Origin: an uncultured Acidobacteriota bacterium
GTDB taxonomy: Bacteria; Acidobacteriota; Terriglobia; Acidiferrales; UBA7541
DNA length: 32,000 nt
NCBI GenBank assembly: GCA_963830375.1
Contig: CAWHMJ010000001.1
Span: 260,632 to 292,631, forward strand
Direction of reading: 5' to 3'
Every line of letters starts with the position of its first letter. Positions within the stretch are counted from its first letter, which is position 1. Of the stretch, positions 16,929-26,393 are shown in pieces. The position numbers and the translations under genes are program-made. Below the pieces are notes generated by a model. It was given only the letters and a program-made list of their open reading frames with translations, did no database searches and was not told where the DNA came from.

Positions 16929-18158
16929 TTATTTCTTCGGCGCGGCTGACAGATAGGCTTTGGACTGCTGGGCAACGATGTCAACCAAGTTGCCCATTGC
17001 GAGGTTCACGTCGATCAGGTGCAGGCCCCAGTCGGCCATAACCTGGCCATTGAAGACCACGTCGCCGGTGATGTCACTGGCGCGAGGACCGGCAGGATCG
17101 GCGTGAACGGTGATGGCGAGATAGGAGCCGTGGTCGTTTGAGACGCACTCGGCGGTCAACATGCCGGGTACGCTGACAAATGGAGTGGTGACGGGCTGAT
17201 CGGGCTTGACCCAGGGGCCCGGCGTGGCCTCCGCACCGCCCGGCAAGCCGCTGCCGTTCTTTCTTAGATAAGCGTGCAACTCGCCGCTGCCTCCGGCGAG
17301 CGCGGCGGGATTCGTGCACGCGGAAATCATGCCCTCGCCGGTTACTCTGCCGAAATGAGTGTTGGCCGGGGGCGGGACATTCGCGCGAAACGATGCGTAA
17401 GTAATCACACAGCCCGTTTGAGTGGGCGCGTGGCAGAGCGGGATGTGCTGGAAAGCGCCGCCGACATCTTTGCCTTTAGGCACGGGAAAGTTGGTCCCCA
17501 GCAGCAACACCGAAACGATGCGCGACTGAACCGGCTTGCCGTCGATTTCGTTCTTGATGAGCTGGGTGAGAACGCCCGAGCCCTGCGAGTGTCCGATGAG
17601 CACGACGCCGCGGCCGTGGTTGTCATGTTCGAGATAGTAATTCCACGCATCGAGGACATCGTTGTAGGCCAGGGCGCGATCCATAGGAATTGGTGTGCCG
17701 AACAACGCGGAACGAAGGCCAGTGAGGGTGACTTGGCGGTAGATGGGCGCGTAGGGCCGGCATTGGGAAGCGAAGCGGGCAAACTGCACGCGTACGACGC
17801 CTTTTTCTTCCGGGCCGGGAAGCATGTCGCTATTGCCGCCGGGATCCATGGAGACGGTGGGATAAACGTAGAAGCAATCGATCTGCGCGTTGGGATTGGC
17901 GGCCCAGGTTTCGAGAGTCATCTTGCCGTCGGCGGAGATGACGGTGGTGGAGAGGTCAACGTCGCAGGCGTCTTGGCGGCCGGGACGGCAGAGCCAGTTG
18001 TCACCGTTGCTGTAATCGTTTTTGGCGACGGGCGCGGGCTTGGGTGATTCTTGCGCCGGCGCGGGGGCTAGAGTTGCGGGCGGCGCGGCGGCGGTTTGGG
18101 CGAAGGTCGTGCTTCCCAATGCGCAGAGCAGAATTAGTGCAGTGATGAGACGTGGCAT
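16929..18158 (-). CDS. Secreted alpha/beta-hydrolase, DUF3089-like (lipase/esterase fold)
   Basis: Signal peptide MPRLITALILLCALGSTTFAQ. Nucleophile elbow VVLIGHSQGSGVL. CFYVYPTV and YAPIYRQ motifs as I recall for DUF3089. Confidence 0.7.
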   Translation of the reverse strand: MPRLITALILLCALGSTTFAQTAAAPPATLAPAPAQESPKPAPVAKNDYSNGDNWLCRPGRQDACDVDLSTTVISADGKMTLETWAANPNAQIDCFYVYPTVSMDPGGNSDMLPGPEEKGVVRVQFARFASQCRPYAPIYRQVTLTGLRSALFGTPIPMDRALAYNDVLDAWNYYLEHDNHGRGVVLIGHSQGSGVLTQLIKNEIDGKPVQSRIVSVLLLGTNFPVPKGKDVGGAFQHIPLCHAPTQTGCVITYASFRANVPPPANTHFGRVTGEGMISACTNPAALAGGSGELHAYLRKNGSGLPGGAEATPGPWVKPDQPVTTPFVSVPGMLTAECVSNDHGSYLAITVHADPAGPRASDITGDVVFNGQVMADWGLHLIDVNLAMGNLVDIVAQQSKAYLSAAPKK

Positions 18159-18187
18159 CGTAGGATTCCCCTTTCGAGTTTAAGAGA

Positions 18188-19725
18188 CTATTGCTTCAAA
18201 GATCGCGTCCCGTTCTTGGGGCGAGTGAACTCCATGGTGCCGTCGTTAACTTTGCCGAAGCGGAGCGCGGCGAGATCCAGAGCGTAATTCTGGTACAACT
18301 TCCAGGGCTTTTTCGAGCCCTGCTTAGGAAGAATCGCGCTGGACCTTTGGAGATAGCCGGAAGTCATGGTGAAGGCGGACTCCTCGACGATGCTTGGATC
18401 GCGGCGGCGCGGCGTGCAATAGGAGTAACCGTGAGCGTCCATATAATTCAGCAGGCGGCAGACGTATTTGGAGGTGAGATCGCATTTCAGCGTCCAGGAA
18501 GCGTTGGTGTAACCGAAAGCGCAGGCGAAATTCGGGATGTCGCTGCTCATCATTCCTTTGTAACTGATCGTTCGCGCGGTATCGATAGGAGAGCCGTCTA
18601 TCGACAGTCGCATGCCGCCGAGGAACTTTAACTTCAATCCAGTTGCGGTGACGATAATGTCGGCTTCGAGCTCCTGGCCTGACTTCAACCGCAGACCTGT
18701 TTCGGTGAATGTCTCGATCTCATCGGTGGCAATCGAAACTCTTCCGGAGCGGATGGCGAGAAACAGGTCTCCATCGGGAATGAGGCAGAGACGCTGGTCC
18801 CAGGGGTTGTAGCGCGGCGAGAAATGTTTTTCGACATCGTAATCGGGGCCGAGATATTGCCGGACGTAACCCAACAGGACTTTTTTTGTGCCGTCAGGCT
18901 TTCGGCGCGCGGCGTTATAAAAGTACATGCCGAGGAGGACATTCTTCCAGCGGACCAAGTGATGCGCAAGCGGATGCAGGCAGATGGCGAAGCATCCACT
19001 TCGCGATGGGATCTTCCGAGGGGCGTGCCACGATGTAAGTGGGCGAGCGCTGCAGCATGGTCACGTGCGCGGCGGACTTGGCAAGTTCCGGAACCAGAGT
19101 GACGGCGGTGGCGCCGCTGCCGATTACGACGACGCGCTTGGCGTCGCAATCGAAATCTTCGGGCCAGTGCTGCGGGTGCACGACGCGGCCGCGGAAGCGA
19201 TCCATGCCCGGCCAGCCCGGCATATAACCCTCGGAGTAATCGTAGTAGCCGCTGCACACGTAAAGAAAATTGCAGGTGAAGCGGGCGGGCTTTCCTTCGG
19301 GGCCTGTCGCGTCAATGGTCCAGAGAGCCTCCGGCGAAGACCACGACGCGCGGGTAACTTGGTGACCGAACCGAATTTTGCGATCGAAGCCATATTCGCG
19401 AACAGTTTCCTGGAGGTACTTGAGGATGGACGGGCCGCTCGCGATGGACTTTTTGTCTCGCCAGGGACGGAAACCGAAGCCGAGCGTGTACATGTCGGAA
19501 TCGGAACGGACGCCAGGATAGCGGAAGAGGTCCCAGGTTCCGCCAATCGCGTTGCGGCTTTCCAGAATTGCGAAAGTTTTTGACGGGCATTTCGTCTGGA
19601 GGTGATAGGCGCGCGTCGATTCCGGAGAGGCCCGCGCCTACGATAAGCACGTCGAAATGTTCGAGGTGCCCTACGGATTGCGCAGACAAGGGCGCACTTT
19701 GGGCAGACGCCGCGATATCGGGCAT
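18188..19725 (-). pseudogene. Flavin-containing / Baeyer-Villiger-type monooxygenase, 2 frameshifts as sequenced
   Basis: Three track ORFs join into about 512 aa. Motifs: FDVLIVGAGLSGI (FAD GxGxxG), GGTWDLFRYPGVRSDS, the BVMO fingerprint FRGRVVHPQHWPED, and VVVIGSGATAV (NADPH GxGxxG). The C-terminal domain is in ORF 18188-18958. The shifts are near 19612 (GCGCGC) and 18971. The start is assumed to be ATG 19725 (MPDIAAS). Confidence 0.85.
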
Positions 19726-19852
19726 CCGAGCTACCTCGCCGCTCGAGATGGATGCAGTAAAAAGCATCGTCAGATATTGCCTGTAACAACGTGCCATATC
19801 AATAGTAGCAGGCGCGGAATCTACGGTTGGGTGCGTGGTAGAATCGCCCGCG

Positions 19853-20665
19853 ATGGCGACGGAAAAGTCTGTGATTGCTGGGAATCTTGGTCGGATTCGG
19901 GAGCGCGTGGCGAGGCGGCGGGGCGCGCGGGGCGGCGTGTGGAAGATGTGACGATTGTTGCGGTGTCGAAGACGTTTCCGTTTGAGGCGATTCGCGCGGC
20001 TTACGATGCGGGGTTGCGACACTTTGGAGAGAATCGGGTGCAGGAGTGGGAGTCGAAGCGGGTGCGCGTCGCGGACCTGGAGGCGACTTGGCATCTGATT
20101 GGGCATTTACAGAGCAATAAAGCGCGGAGGGCGGCGGGGCTGTTTGATCGCGTGGATTCGGTGGATAGTTTGGCGCTGGCGCAGAGGCTTGATGCGGCGG
20201 TGGTGGAAGGGGCCGGAACGGAGGCCGCGCGATTAATTTCTTCGGAAAAGAGCCGGCGAGACGCCCTTCGAGTGGTCTCAGGACAAGCCGGCGCTACGAA
20301 AAATGGCGCCGCGAAGGGCAGGAGGCTTCGAGTTTTGATCGAGGTGAGTCTGGGCGGCGAGAGTTACCAAGAGCGGGGTGGCGGAAGCGGACTTGGCGAC
20401 GCTGGCGGAAGGCGTTGCTGGGCTTGCAAATTTGGAATTGCTGGGGCTGATGACGATTCCGCCGTTTCTGGACGATCCGGAAAGGGTGCGACCCTATTTT
20501 CGCAAATTGCGCGAGCTTCGTGAAGGCTTGGTTCGCCGCGTTGGCAGGCCGCTGCCTGTGCTTTCCATGGGGATGAGCCACGACTTCGAAATAGCCATCG
20601 AAGAAGGCGCGACGGAAATTCGAGTCGGCACGGCGATTTTCGGCGAGCGGAAGGTGAAACAATAG
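19853..20665 (+). pseudogene. yggS: YggS-family pyridoxal-phosphate homeostasis protein, 2 frameshifts as sequenced plus an in-frame ~35-aa insertion
   Basis: ATG 19853 gives MATEKSVIAGNLGRIRERV. After a shift near 19910: EAAGRAGRRVEDVTIVAVSKTFP...FGENRVQE...WHLIGHLQSNK. After a shift at 20362: TKSGVAEADL...LELLGLMTIPP...LSMGMSHDFEIAIEEGATEIRVGTAIFGER. Confidence 0.85.
20210..20325. repeat. REP-like repeat DNA embedded in frame inside yggS
   Basis: It contains GAAAAGAGCCGGCGAGAC (20245-20262; a second copy GAAAAAGAGCCGGCGAGAC lies at 20682-20700 just after the gene). It also contains GGACAAGCCGGCGCTACGAAAAA (20281-20303), the same family as 11027-11047 and 16733-16756. Confidence 0.65.
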
Positions 20666-20681
20666 ATACGCCTGACTGATA

Positions 20682-20708
20682 GAAAAAGAGCCGGCGAGAC
20701 CTTCGGAG
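20682..20708. repeat. Intergenic copy of the GAGCCGGCGAGAC repeat
   Basis: GAAAAAGAGCCGGCGAGACCTTCGGAG matches the copy inside yggS at 20245-20272, apart from small indels. Confidence 0.6.
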
Positions 20709-20807
20709 AAGGCAATGGGTAAGGTCCCGAATCAGCCCAGAAGAAATTCGGGCCGTTGAAGACCTACTGAAGCCAAAGGAAGAGCCGCAGAGGGAAGGAA
20801 AGCCCTA

Positions 20808-21395
20808 ATGAGCGTTCGTCTAATAGTAATGTTGTGTTTGCTAGTGAGCGCTTTCAATATTGTCTCAGGCCAGACTTCTGTGCGATCTCAGATTGAGGCA
20901 GCTCTGGATTCGTGGTCTGGTCTCGACAATACTCGAGAGGCAATCTTGAAAGTCAGCCAGGATCCGCTGCCCGCCCTTATCGCGATTTCGAAGTCGAGGC
21001 ATGAGTCTGACAATCGTAGATCACATGCAATTGCGCTTCTTGCGACTTTCACGGCACCGTTGTCCGGGTCCGCCCTAGAGCAACTGACCGACGATAGCAA
21101 CCCGAAATACCGCTGCCTCGCCTTGCAATCAATCGTAGAGCTGAAATCACGCAGTGCCGTGCCTGTGCTGATTAGAAAATTAGACGACCGAGCCGTTTGC
21201 ATGAAGTCAATTTCTACTGATCCGGGAGAAGAACGCCAAGTATATGTTTCGGACGAGGCCGTGAGTCTTTTAGAACAGGTCACGGGACAGTCCTTCGACA
21301 AGGAATCAACCGGCGGTCACTCGGCAACGAAACCATGGAAGGACTGGTGGGCCAAGCAAAACCGGACTGGCGGGCCGAGCACCCGATTAAGGTGA
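20808..21395 (+). CDS. Secreted HEAT-repeat-like protein
   Basis: Signal peptide MSVRLIVMLCLLVSAFNIVSGQ. Helical-repeat signatures (PLPALIAISKS...RRSHAIALLA...NPKYRCLALQSIVELKSRSAVPVLIRKLDD). Lower GC than neighbours. Confidence 0.55.
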   Translation: MSVRLIVMLCLLVSAFNIVSGQTSVRSQIEAALDSWSGLDNTREAILKVSQDPLPALIAISKSRHESDNRRSHAIALLATFTAPLSGSALEQLTDDSNPKYRCLALQSIVELKSRSAVPVLIRKLDDRAVCMKSISTDPGEERQVYVSDEAVSLLEQVTGQSFDKESTGGHSATKPWKDWWAKQNRTGGPSTRLR

Positions 21396-21420
21396 GCGGC
21401 CGATGAGGTGACGTTTTAGG

Positions 21421-22716
21421 CTATGAATAGCGGAGCCAGCGGAACATTTCGACTAGGGAGGGGCGCTTGCCGTACATCAGGATTCCTACGCGATAGATTT
21501 TTGCAGAGGCGTAGATCGAGCCAATGGTGGTGAGAAAGAGCAGAGCCAGAGCCAGGACGATCTGCCAGGCGGGCGGCGTCTGCAACGAAATGCGCAGAGA
21601 CATCAGCACAGGCGAAAAGAACGGAATCTCGGAGAGAACGACGGAAGTGGTGGAAGTGGGATCGTTGAGGACCACGCTGTAAATCACCATGCAGAAAACC
21701 AGCGGGGCCATGGCGACCCATTGCAATTGCTGGGCGTCCTGGTCGTTGGAGCAGGCCGAGCCGATTGCGGCAAACATCGCGGAATACAGAAAATATCCGC
21801 CGAAGAAAAAGATTCCGGCATAGAGCACGAGGGAAATCGGAATGTGGACTCCGGACAAAGCCGAGCCCGTGCCCATGCCCGCTGCGGCTAGAGCGCCATA
21901 CGTGAAAAGCAGGGCGGTGGAAATCATCCAGATGGCGAACTGGGTGAAGGCGGCTGCGGCTACTCCCAGGATTTTCCCGCAGAGAAGCTCGAAGGGGCTT
22001 ACGGCGGAGATTAGGACTTCCATGGTTCGCGTGGTCTTTTCTTCGAGGACAGAACGCATGGTAATGATGCCGTACATGAGCAGCGCGGTGTAAAGCAGGA
22101 TGACGAGAGCGATGGCGACGCCGATGCTTTGTCCTTTTTCCACGGACTCTCCGGTTTCGCTGACCTTGAGGAGTTTGAGATCCGTGCCGCGGAGAATTTC
22201 CTTGATGTCGTCCAAATGGACGCCGCGATCGCTGAGTCTGGCCGAGATTACCGCCTGATCGACGGCGCCCGAAAGAGGGCCGATGAGGGCGAAGTTATCG
22301 GGATTGCGCATGTGCAGCTCGAACGATTGGGCTGGGTCCGCGGGAATCCAGAGGTAGGCGTCGATCTTCTCGGAATTGATGCGCGAACGCAGGTCCTGCT
22401 GAACGGCGTCGGGAGATGCAGGGTGGACGATGGTTTCCACGATGGTGAATTCCGGCTGGCCATTTTCGAGCTTGGCATCCAGGTTGTGAGTGATGGGCTG
22501 CGCGAGGGTGCCGGAATTGTCCACGATCACGAGGCGCATGGTCTGGGTGGGCTTGTGGTTCACCAGAAATATAATCAGCAAGCAGAAGGCCACGCCAATC
22601 AGCGGCACGATGACGGTTCCGATGATGAAGCCCTTGGTTTTTACGCGGGTCAAATACTCGCGCTTGATGATGAGGCGAAGTTTACGCACGGGTAGTCCTA
22701 TCGATAAAGATTTCAT
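21421..22716 (-). CDS. ABC-2 type transporter permease (NatB-like)
   Basis: Intact 431-aa ORF with an N-terminal TM helix, a large extracytoplasmic loop, then about 5 TM helices. The N-terminus IIKREYLTRVKTKGFIIGT is typical of NatB-like permeases. The alternative GTG start at 22689 would give the common GTGCGTAA overlap with the ATPase stop. Confidence 0.8.
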   Translation of the reverse strand: MKSLSIGLPVRKLRLIIKREYLTRVKTKGFIIGTVIVPLIGVAFCLLIIFLVNHKPTQTMRLVIVDNSGTLAQPITHNLDAKLENGQPEFTIVETIVHPASPDAVQQDLRSRINSEKIDAYLWIPADPAQSFELHMRNPDNFALIGPLSGAVDQAVISARLSDRGVHLDDIKEILRGTDLKLLKVSETGESVEKGQSIGVAIALVILLYTALLMYGIITMRSVLEEKTTRTMEVLISAVSPFELLCGKILGVAAAAFTQFAIWMISTALLFTYGALAAAGMGTGSALSGVHIPISLVLYAGIFFFGGYFLYSAMFAAIGSACSNDQDAQQLQWVAMAPLVFCMVIYSVVLNDPTSTTSVVLSEIPFFSPVLMSLRISLQTPPAWQIVLALALLFLTTIGSIYASAKIYRVGILMYGKRPSLVEMFRWLRYS

Positions 22717-23578
22717 TCAGCGAGGGCTCGAGAAGCTCGAAGCGCCTGATGGAGACATTCGCTTGCACGGCAGCTTTCAAGATTTCCTGCGGGTCGGCGC
22801 CGGGCTTCAGCTTGGCTTCCACACCGTTTCCGAGGCGCGTTATGTTGACGATGGAGGGATTGCTTAGAAAATTCTCGCTGCCGGTAAACTCGATGTGCAG
22901 GGTGTTCTTGCCGTAGGACTGCTTGATGGCGCGGAGCTCGCCGTCGAGGACGTTGCGGCCTTTGTCGATCAGGCAAATCGAATCGCACATTCTCTCGACC
23001 TGTTCCATGCGGTGGGTGGAGAGAACGATAGTGGAACCCTTCGAGCGCATCTCGAGCATGATTTCTTCGACCGTGGCGGCATTCACGGGGTCGAGGCCGG
23101 AGAAGGGTTCGTCCAGAATCACCAGCGGCGGCTTGTGTATCACCGCGGTGATAAACTGCACTTTTTGCTGCATGCCCTTGGAGAGGTCTACGAGTTTTTT
23201 CCCGGACCACTCGGCCAAACCGAGCCGCTCGAGCCATTCCTTGGCGCGGCGTGCGGCCTCCTCTTCCGTGAGGCCGTGAAGCGCGGCGAGGAAAACGATG
23301 ATGTCGAGGACTTTCATGCGTGGATAAAGGCCACGCTCTTCGGGGAGATAGCCGATTAAATCACGCGTGCGGTCATTGACGGGCTGATCGAGAACCTTAA
23401 TCGAGCCTTCGTCCGGGACCAGGATGTTCATGATCATGCGAATGGTGGTGGTCTTGCCGGCTCCGTTGGGGCCAAGCAGGCCGAGAATGGCTCCCTGGCG
23501 AACGCGCAGGTTGACGCTGTTGACGGCGGTTACGGAGTCATAGGATTTGGTGACGTTTTCGAGTGTGATAGCGTCCAT
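22682..23578 (-). CDS. ABC transporter ATP-binding protein (NatA-like)
   Basis: From ATG 23578: MDAITLENVTKSY, Walker A GPNGAGKTT, signature LSKGMQQKV, Walker B LVILDEPFSGLD, and H-loop STHRM. The track ORF extends upstream to 23647. Confidence 0.9.
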   Translation of the reverse strand: MDAITLENVTKSYDSVTAVNSVNLRVRQGAILGLLGPNGAGKTTTIRMIMNILVPDEGSIKVLDQPVNDRTRDLIGYLPEERGLYPRMKVLDIIVFLAALHGLTEEEAARRAKEWLERLGLAEWSGKKLVDLSKGMQQKVQFITAVIHKPPLVILDEPFSGLDPVNAATVEEIMLEMRSKGSTIVLSTHRMEQVERMCDSICLIDKGRNVLDGELRAIKQSYGKNTLHIEFTGSENFLSNPSIVNITRLGNGVEAKLKPGADPQEILKAAVQANVSIRRFELLEPSLNEIFIDRTTRA

Positions 23579-23882
23579 ATTGTTGGCGGTTAATCCTGAT
23601 ACGCAGTGGGAGCGGGAAATATTACCTGAACTTCGAGGCGGCTGCATGATTTATTTCATGCTTTTAGAATCAATTGCTTACGCGAGCGGGAGGCCGAAAT
23701 TGGAAGTGACCGAGCGGGATGGCGGCGAGGCACCGTCGAGCGTTTGAAGGTATCGGTGGCGGCTGTTAGAATCTTGACGGGCGAAACCCGCCGCAGGAAG
23801 CGAGTTTCGATTGCGGATGTGACGCGCAAGCAATCAAGGCGCTCGGTATTTAAAAGGTTGTTGCGGAGGCGGGTGAAACGCT

Positions 23883-25061
23883 ATGCCGGACATTAAAGCA
23901 ATTCAATCGGAGATGCGCGACAGCAAAATTGATGGCTGGCTTTTTTACGATCATCACCATCGCGACCCGATTGCGGCGAACATCCTGGGCGTCGGCAGGA
24001 ATGGGATGGCGACGCGACGCTGGTTTTATTTTATTCCGGCAAAGGGCGAGCCGCGGAAACTGGTGCACCGGATCGAACAGGGCGCGCTGGATGGGCTGGA
24101 CGGAAAGAAACTGGTTTACTCGGGTTGGGAAGAGCTGCACAAGAATTTGCCGAAGCTGCTGGCGGGGAGCAAAACCATCGCGATGCAGTACTCGCCGGAA
24201 AACAATATTCCGTACATCGGGCTGGTGGATGCGGGGACGATCGAGTTGTTGCGCAAGTTCAAGAAGAAGATCGTGAGTTCGGCGAACCTGGTGCAGAAAT
24301 TCGAGGCGAGCTGGTCGCACGAGCAAGCGCAGGGACACTTTGAAGCCGGCAGAATCGTGGATCGAATTACGCGCGAGGCGTTTGCGCGCGCCGCTGAGTT
24401 CGTGAAGGAAGGGAAGCCGCTGACAGAGGACCAACTGCAGCAGTGGATCGTGGATGAATTTCACGCGCGCGGATTGACCAGCGCGGAGCCGCCGATTGTT
24501 GCGGTGCAGCCAAACAACGGGAATCCGCACTACGCGCCGGTGGCAGGGTCTTCGCGGCCGATCCGGGCGGGAGACTTGCTGCTGCTGGACATCTGGGCCA
24601 AGCGCGAAATCGCGGGAAGCGTTTATTACGACATTACGTGGGTGGGGTATCTGGGCAATCGAGTGCCGGATTCTTACGCGAAGATTTTTCGCATCGTTCG
24701 CGAGGCGCGAGACAACGCGGTGAAATTCATTCAGGAAGCAGTTGCCAAGCGGCGGGAAATTCACGGATGGGAAGTGGATCGAGTGGCGCGAAAGACGATC
24801 GAGAAAGCGGGCTACGGCAAATACTTTGTGCATCGCACCGGGCACAGCATCGGGCAGGAAGTCCACGGCAACGGCGCGAATATGGACGGGCTGGAAACGC
24901 GCGACGACCGCAAGATCGTTCCGCACACTTGCTTTTCGATCGAGCCGGGAATCTATCTGCCGGAGTTCGGCATTCGAAGCGAAGTGAATGTGTACGTGGA
25001 CGAAAAAGAAGCGCGCGTAACCGGCGCGGTGCAGGAAGAAATTCTACCTCTGCTCGTTTGA
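23883..25061 (+). CDS. M24 family Xaa-Pro aminopeptidase
   Basis: Intact 392-aa ORF with metal-ligand motifs LLLDIWA, HRTGHSIGQEVHGNG, FSIEPGIY and SEVNV. Confidence 0.85.
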   Translation: MPDIKAIQSEMRDSKIDGWLFYDHHHRDPIAANILGVGRNGMATRRWFYFIPAKGEPRKLVHRIEQGALDGLDGKKLVYSGWEELHKNLPKLLAGSKTIAMQYSPENNIPYIGLVDAGTIELLRKFKKKIVSSANLVQKFEASWSHEQAQGHFEAGRIVDRITREAFARAAEFVKEGKPLTEDQLQQWIVDEFHARGLTSAEPPIVAVQPNNGNPHYAPVAGSSRPIRAGDLLLLDIWAKREIAGSVYYDITWVGYLGNRVPDSYAKIFRIVREARDNAVKFIQEAVAKRREIHGWEVDRVARKTIEKAGYGKYFVHRTGHSIGQEVHGNGANMDGLETRDDRKIVPHTCFSIEPGIYLPEFGIRSEVNVYVDEKEARVTGAVQEEILPLLV

Positions 25062-25079
25062 GTTGGTTGATCTCACTTT

Positions 25080-25550
25080 GTGAATAACGACAATCCTATT
25101 GATGGAACATCACCGTCCGACGCTCTCACACACGAGAGCGCGGTAGATGACAGCAGTGCGACCGACCGCGCAACCCGGCGCGATGTGGTGGCGCCATTTA
25201 TCGCTGTGGCTGCTTGGATTGTTCCCGGCCTGGGTCACTTGGCGCTGCGACGCTGGGGCCGCGCGCTGATTTTTTTCCTCGCGGTGGGAGGCCTCGCGAT
25301 TACGGGTTATCTGCTTCGCGGAAACGTGTTTTCTCCGCGGGCGGGCGATCCATTTGCCATGCTCGGTTTCTTCGCGGACTTCGGATCGGGGATTTTTTAT
25401 TTTCTGTCACGTTTCTTTGAATCGGCAGGTCCGGATGTCTCACGCGCCGCGGGCGACTACGGAACGCGGTTCATCGCTGCCGCCGGAATTGTGAATCTGC
25501 TTAGCGTATTCGACGCGTACGAAATCGCGCTGGGCCGGAGAACGATGTGA
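25080..25550 (+). CDS. Hypothetical integral membrane protein
   Basis: 156-aa ORF (GTG start) with 3-4 predicted TM helices and a PGLGHLALRRWGRALIFF motif. The stop overlaps the next start (ATGTGA). Confidence 0.6.
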   Translation: MNNDNPIDGTSPSDALTHESAVDDSSATDRATRRDVVAPFIAVAAWIVPGLGHLALRRWGRALIFFLAVGGLAITGYLLRGNVFSPRAGDPFAMLGFFADFGSGIFYFLSRFFESAGPDVSRAAGDYGTRFIAAAGIVNLLSVFDAYEIALGRRTM

Positions 25551-25768
25551 TCGCCATGTGGGCGGAAATCGCCAGCGCGCGCAACAGCGGGCCGCAGATT
25601 TCCCATCTTGCGGCGATGTGTTTGTTCGCGCTGCTGATTTCCATCGCGATTGCAGGATTGACGAAGAGAACCGCGTTGGAACGGGTTAAATATGCGGCGT
25701 CTTGCTTCCTTAAGTTTTTGGCGGTGGCCATTGCGATTGGCTGGCTGATGTACCCGTTTTCACATTGA
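25547..25768 (+). CDS. Small hypothetical membrane protein (73 aa, 2 TM)
   Basis: Start codon overlaps the upstream stop. Two hydrophobic helices: AAMCLFALLISIAIAGL and FLKFLAVAIAIGWLMY. Confidence 0.5.
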   Translation: MIAMWAEIASARNSGPQISHLAAMCLFALLISIAIAGLTKRTALERVKYAASCFLKFLAVAIAIGWLMYPFSH

Positions 25769-25837
25769 ACCCGGCGGAGTTTTCGCGATGTTTGAAGCTT
25801 TTTTTGCGGTGGTGGCAATGTTAAAGTCAATGAGGAT

Positions 25838-25913
25838 GCCGAGGTAGCTCAGTTGGTAGAGCAGCCGATTCGTAATCGGCAGGTCGGCGGTTCAAGTCCG
25901 CCTCTCGGCTCCA
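25838..25913 (+). tRNA. tRNA-Thr (anticodon CGU), CCA encoded
   Basis: Folded by hand. Acceptor GCCGAGG/TCTCGGC (one G-U pair), D arm GCTC-AGTTGGTA-GAGC, anticodon stem GCCGA/TCGGC with loop TTCGTAA, variable AGGTC, T arm GGCGG-TTCAAGT-CCGCC, discriminator T, CCA. 76 nt. Confidence 0.92.
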
Positions 25914-26393
25914 GCTTCTTGCAGAAGCGTTCGATGCGATGGGTTGTAGAAATTCCTCACGTGGCGTCCTCTTTCGTAGCCGGCCACGCGGCTAAGTCCC
26001 GGTAAGGCGGATTGCCCGCTGGAGAAATCTGCAGACGTCCGGGTGTTCCCAGCAACATAAGAAAGCGGGCGTAATCGTTTGCGGTTTTAACTATTCAATG
26101 AACAAGGAGTGTCGAGCATCAAGGAAATTCGCTGTGGCGGGGGCACGGGAAGCGTACTCCGCGCACGAGCGAGGAGTTCCGAATCGGAAATTGTGGGTAA
26201 TTTAAATTTGTAAAGAATTTTGGCGGGAGTATTCTTTTTAACGGGGCCTCGCTAGGCGATCGGTAATTTGATGAGGGTTCAACTTCCTCGCGGGTCGCTA
26301 CGAGCAATCATTTTCCATGAATTTCTGCCAAGTGGTGAAACAGAAACGGTATCCCTTGGCGGCAATGTTTTCGTTTTTCCGGGAAAAGCCTGG

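Noticed and set aside
23850-24926. 358-aa minus-strand ORF
   Set aside because: It is antisense to the intact, motif-rich M24 aminopeptidase gene. It has the Arg-rich shadow-frame composition and no start context.
25914-26393. Prophage or genomic-island junction at tRNA-Thr
   Set aside because: I found no duplicated copy of the tRNA 3-prime end elsewhere in the window. There is no integrase, and the downstream genes (cytochrome c, cupredoxin-like) have ordinary composition.
26268-26393. Track start of the cytochrome c ORF at 26268 (312 aa)
   Set aside because: The first 42 codons lack signal-peptide character and begin with a non-ATG codon. ATG 26394 gives a canonical signal/lipobox-like N-terminus.
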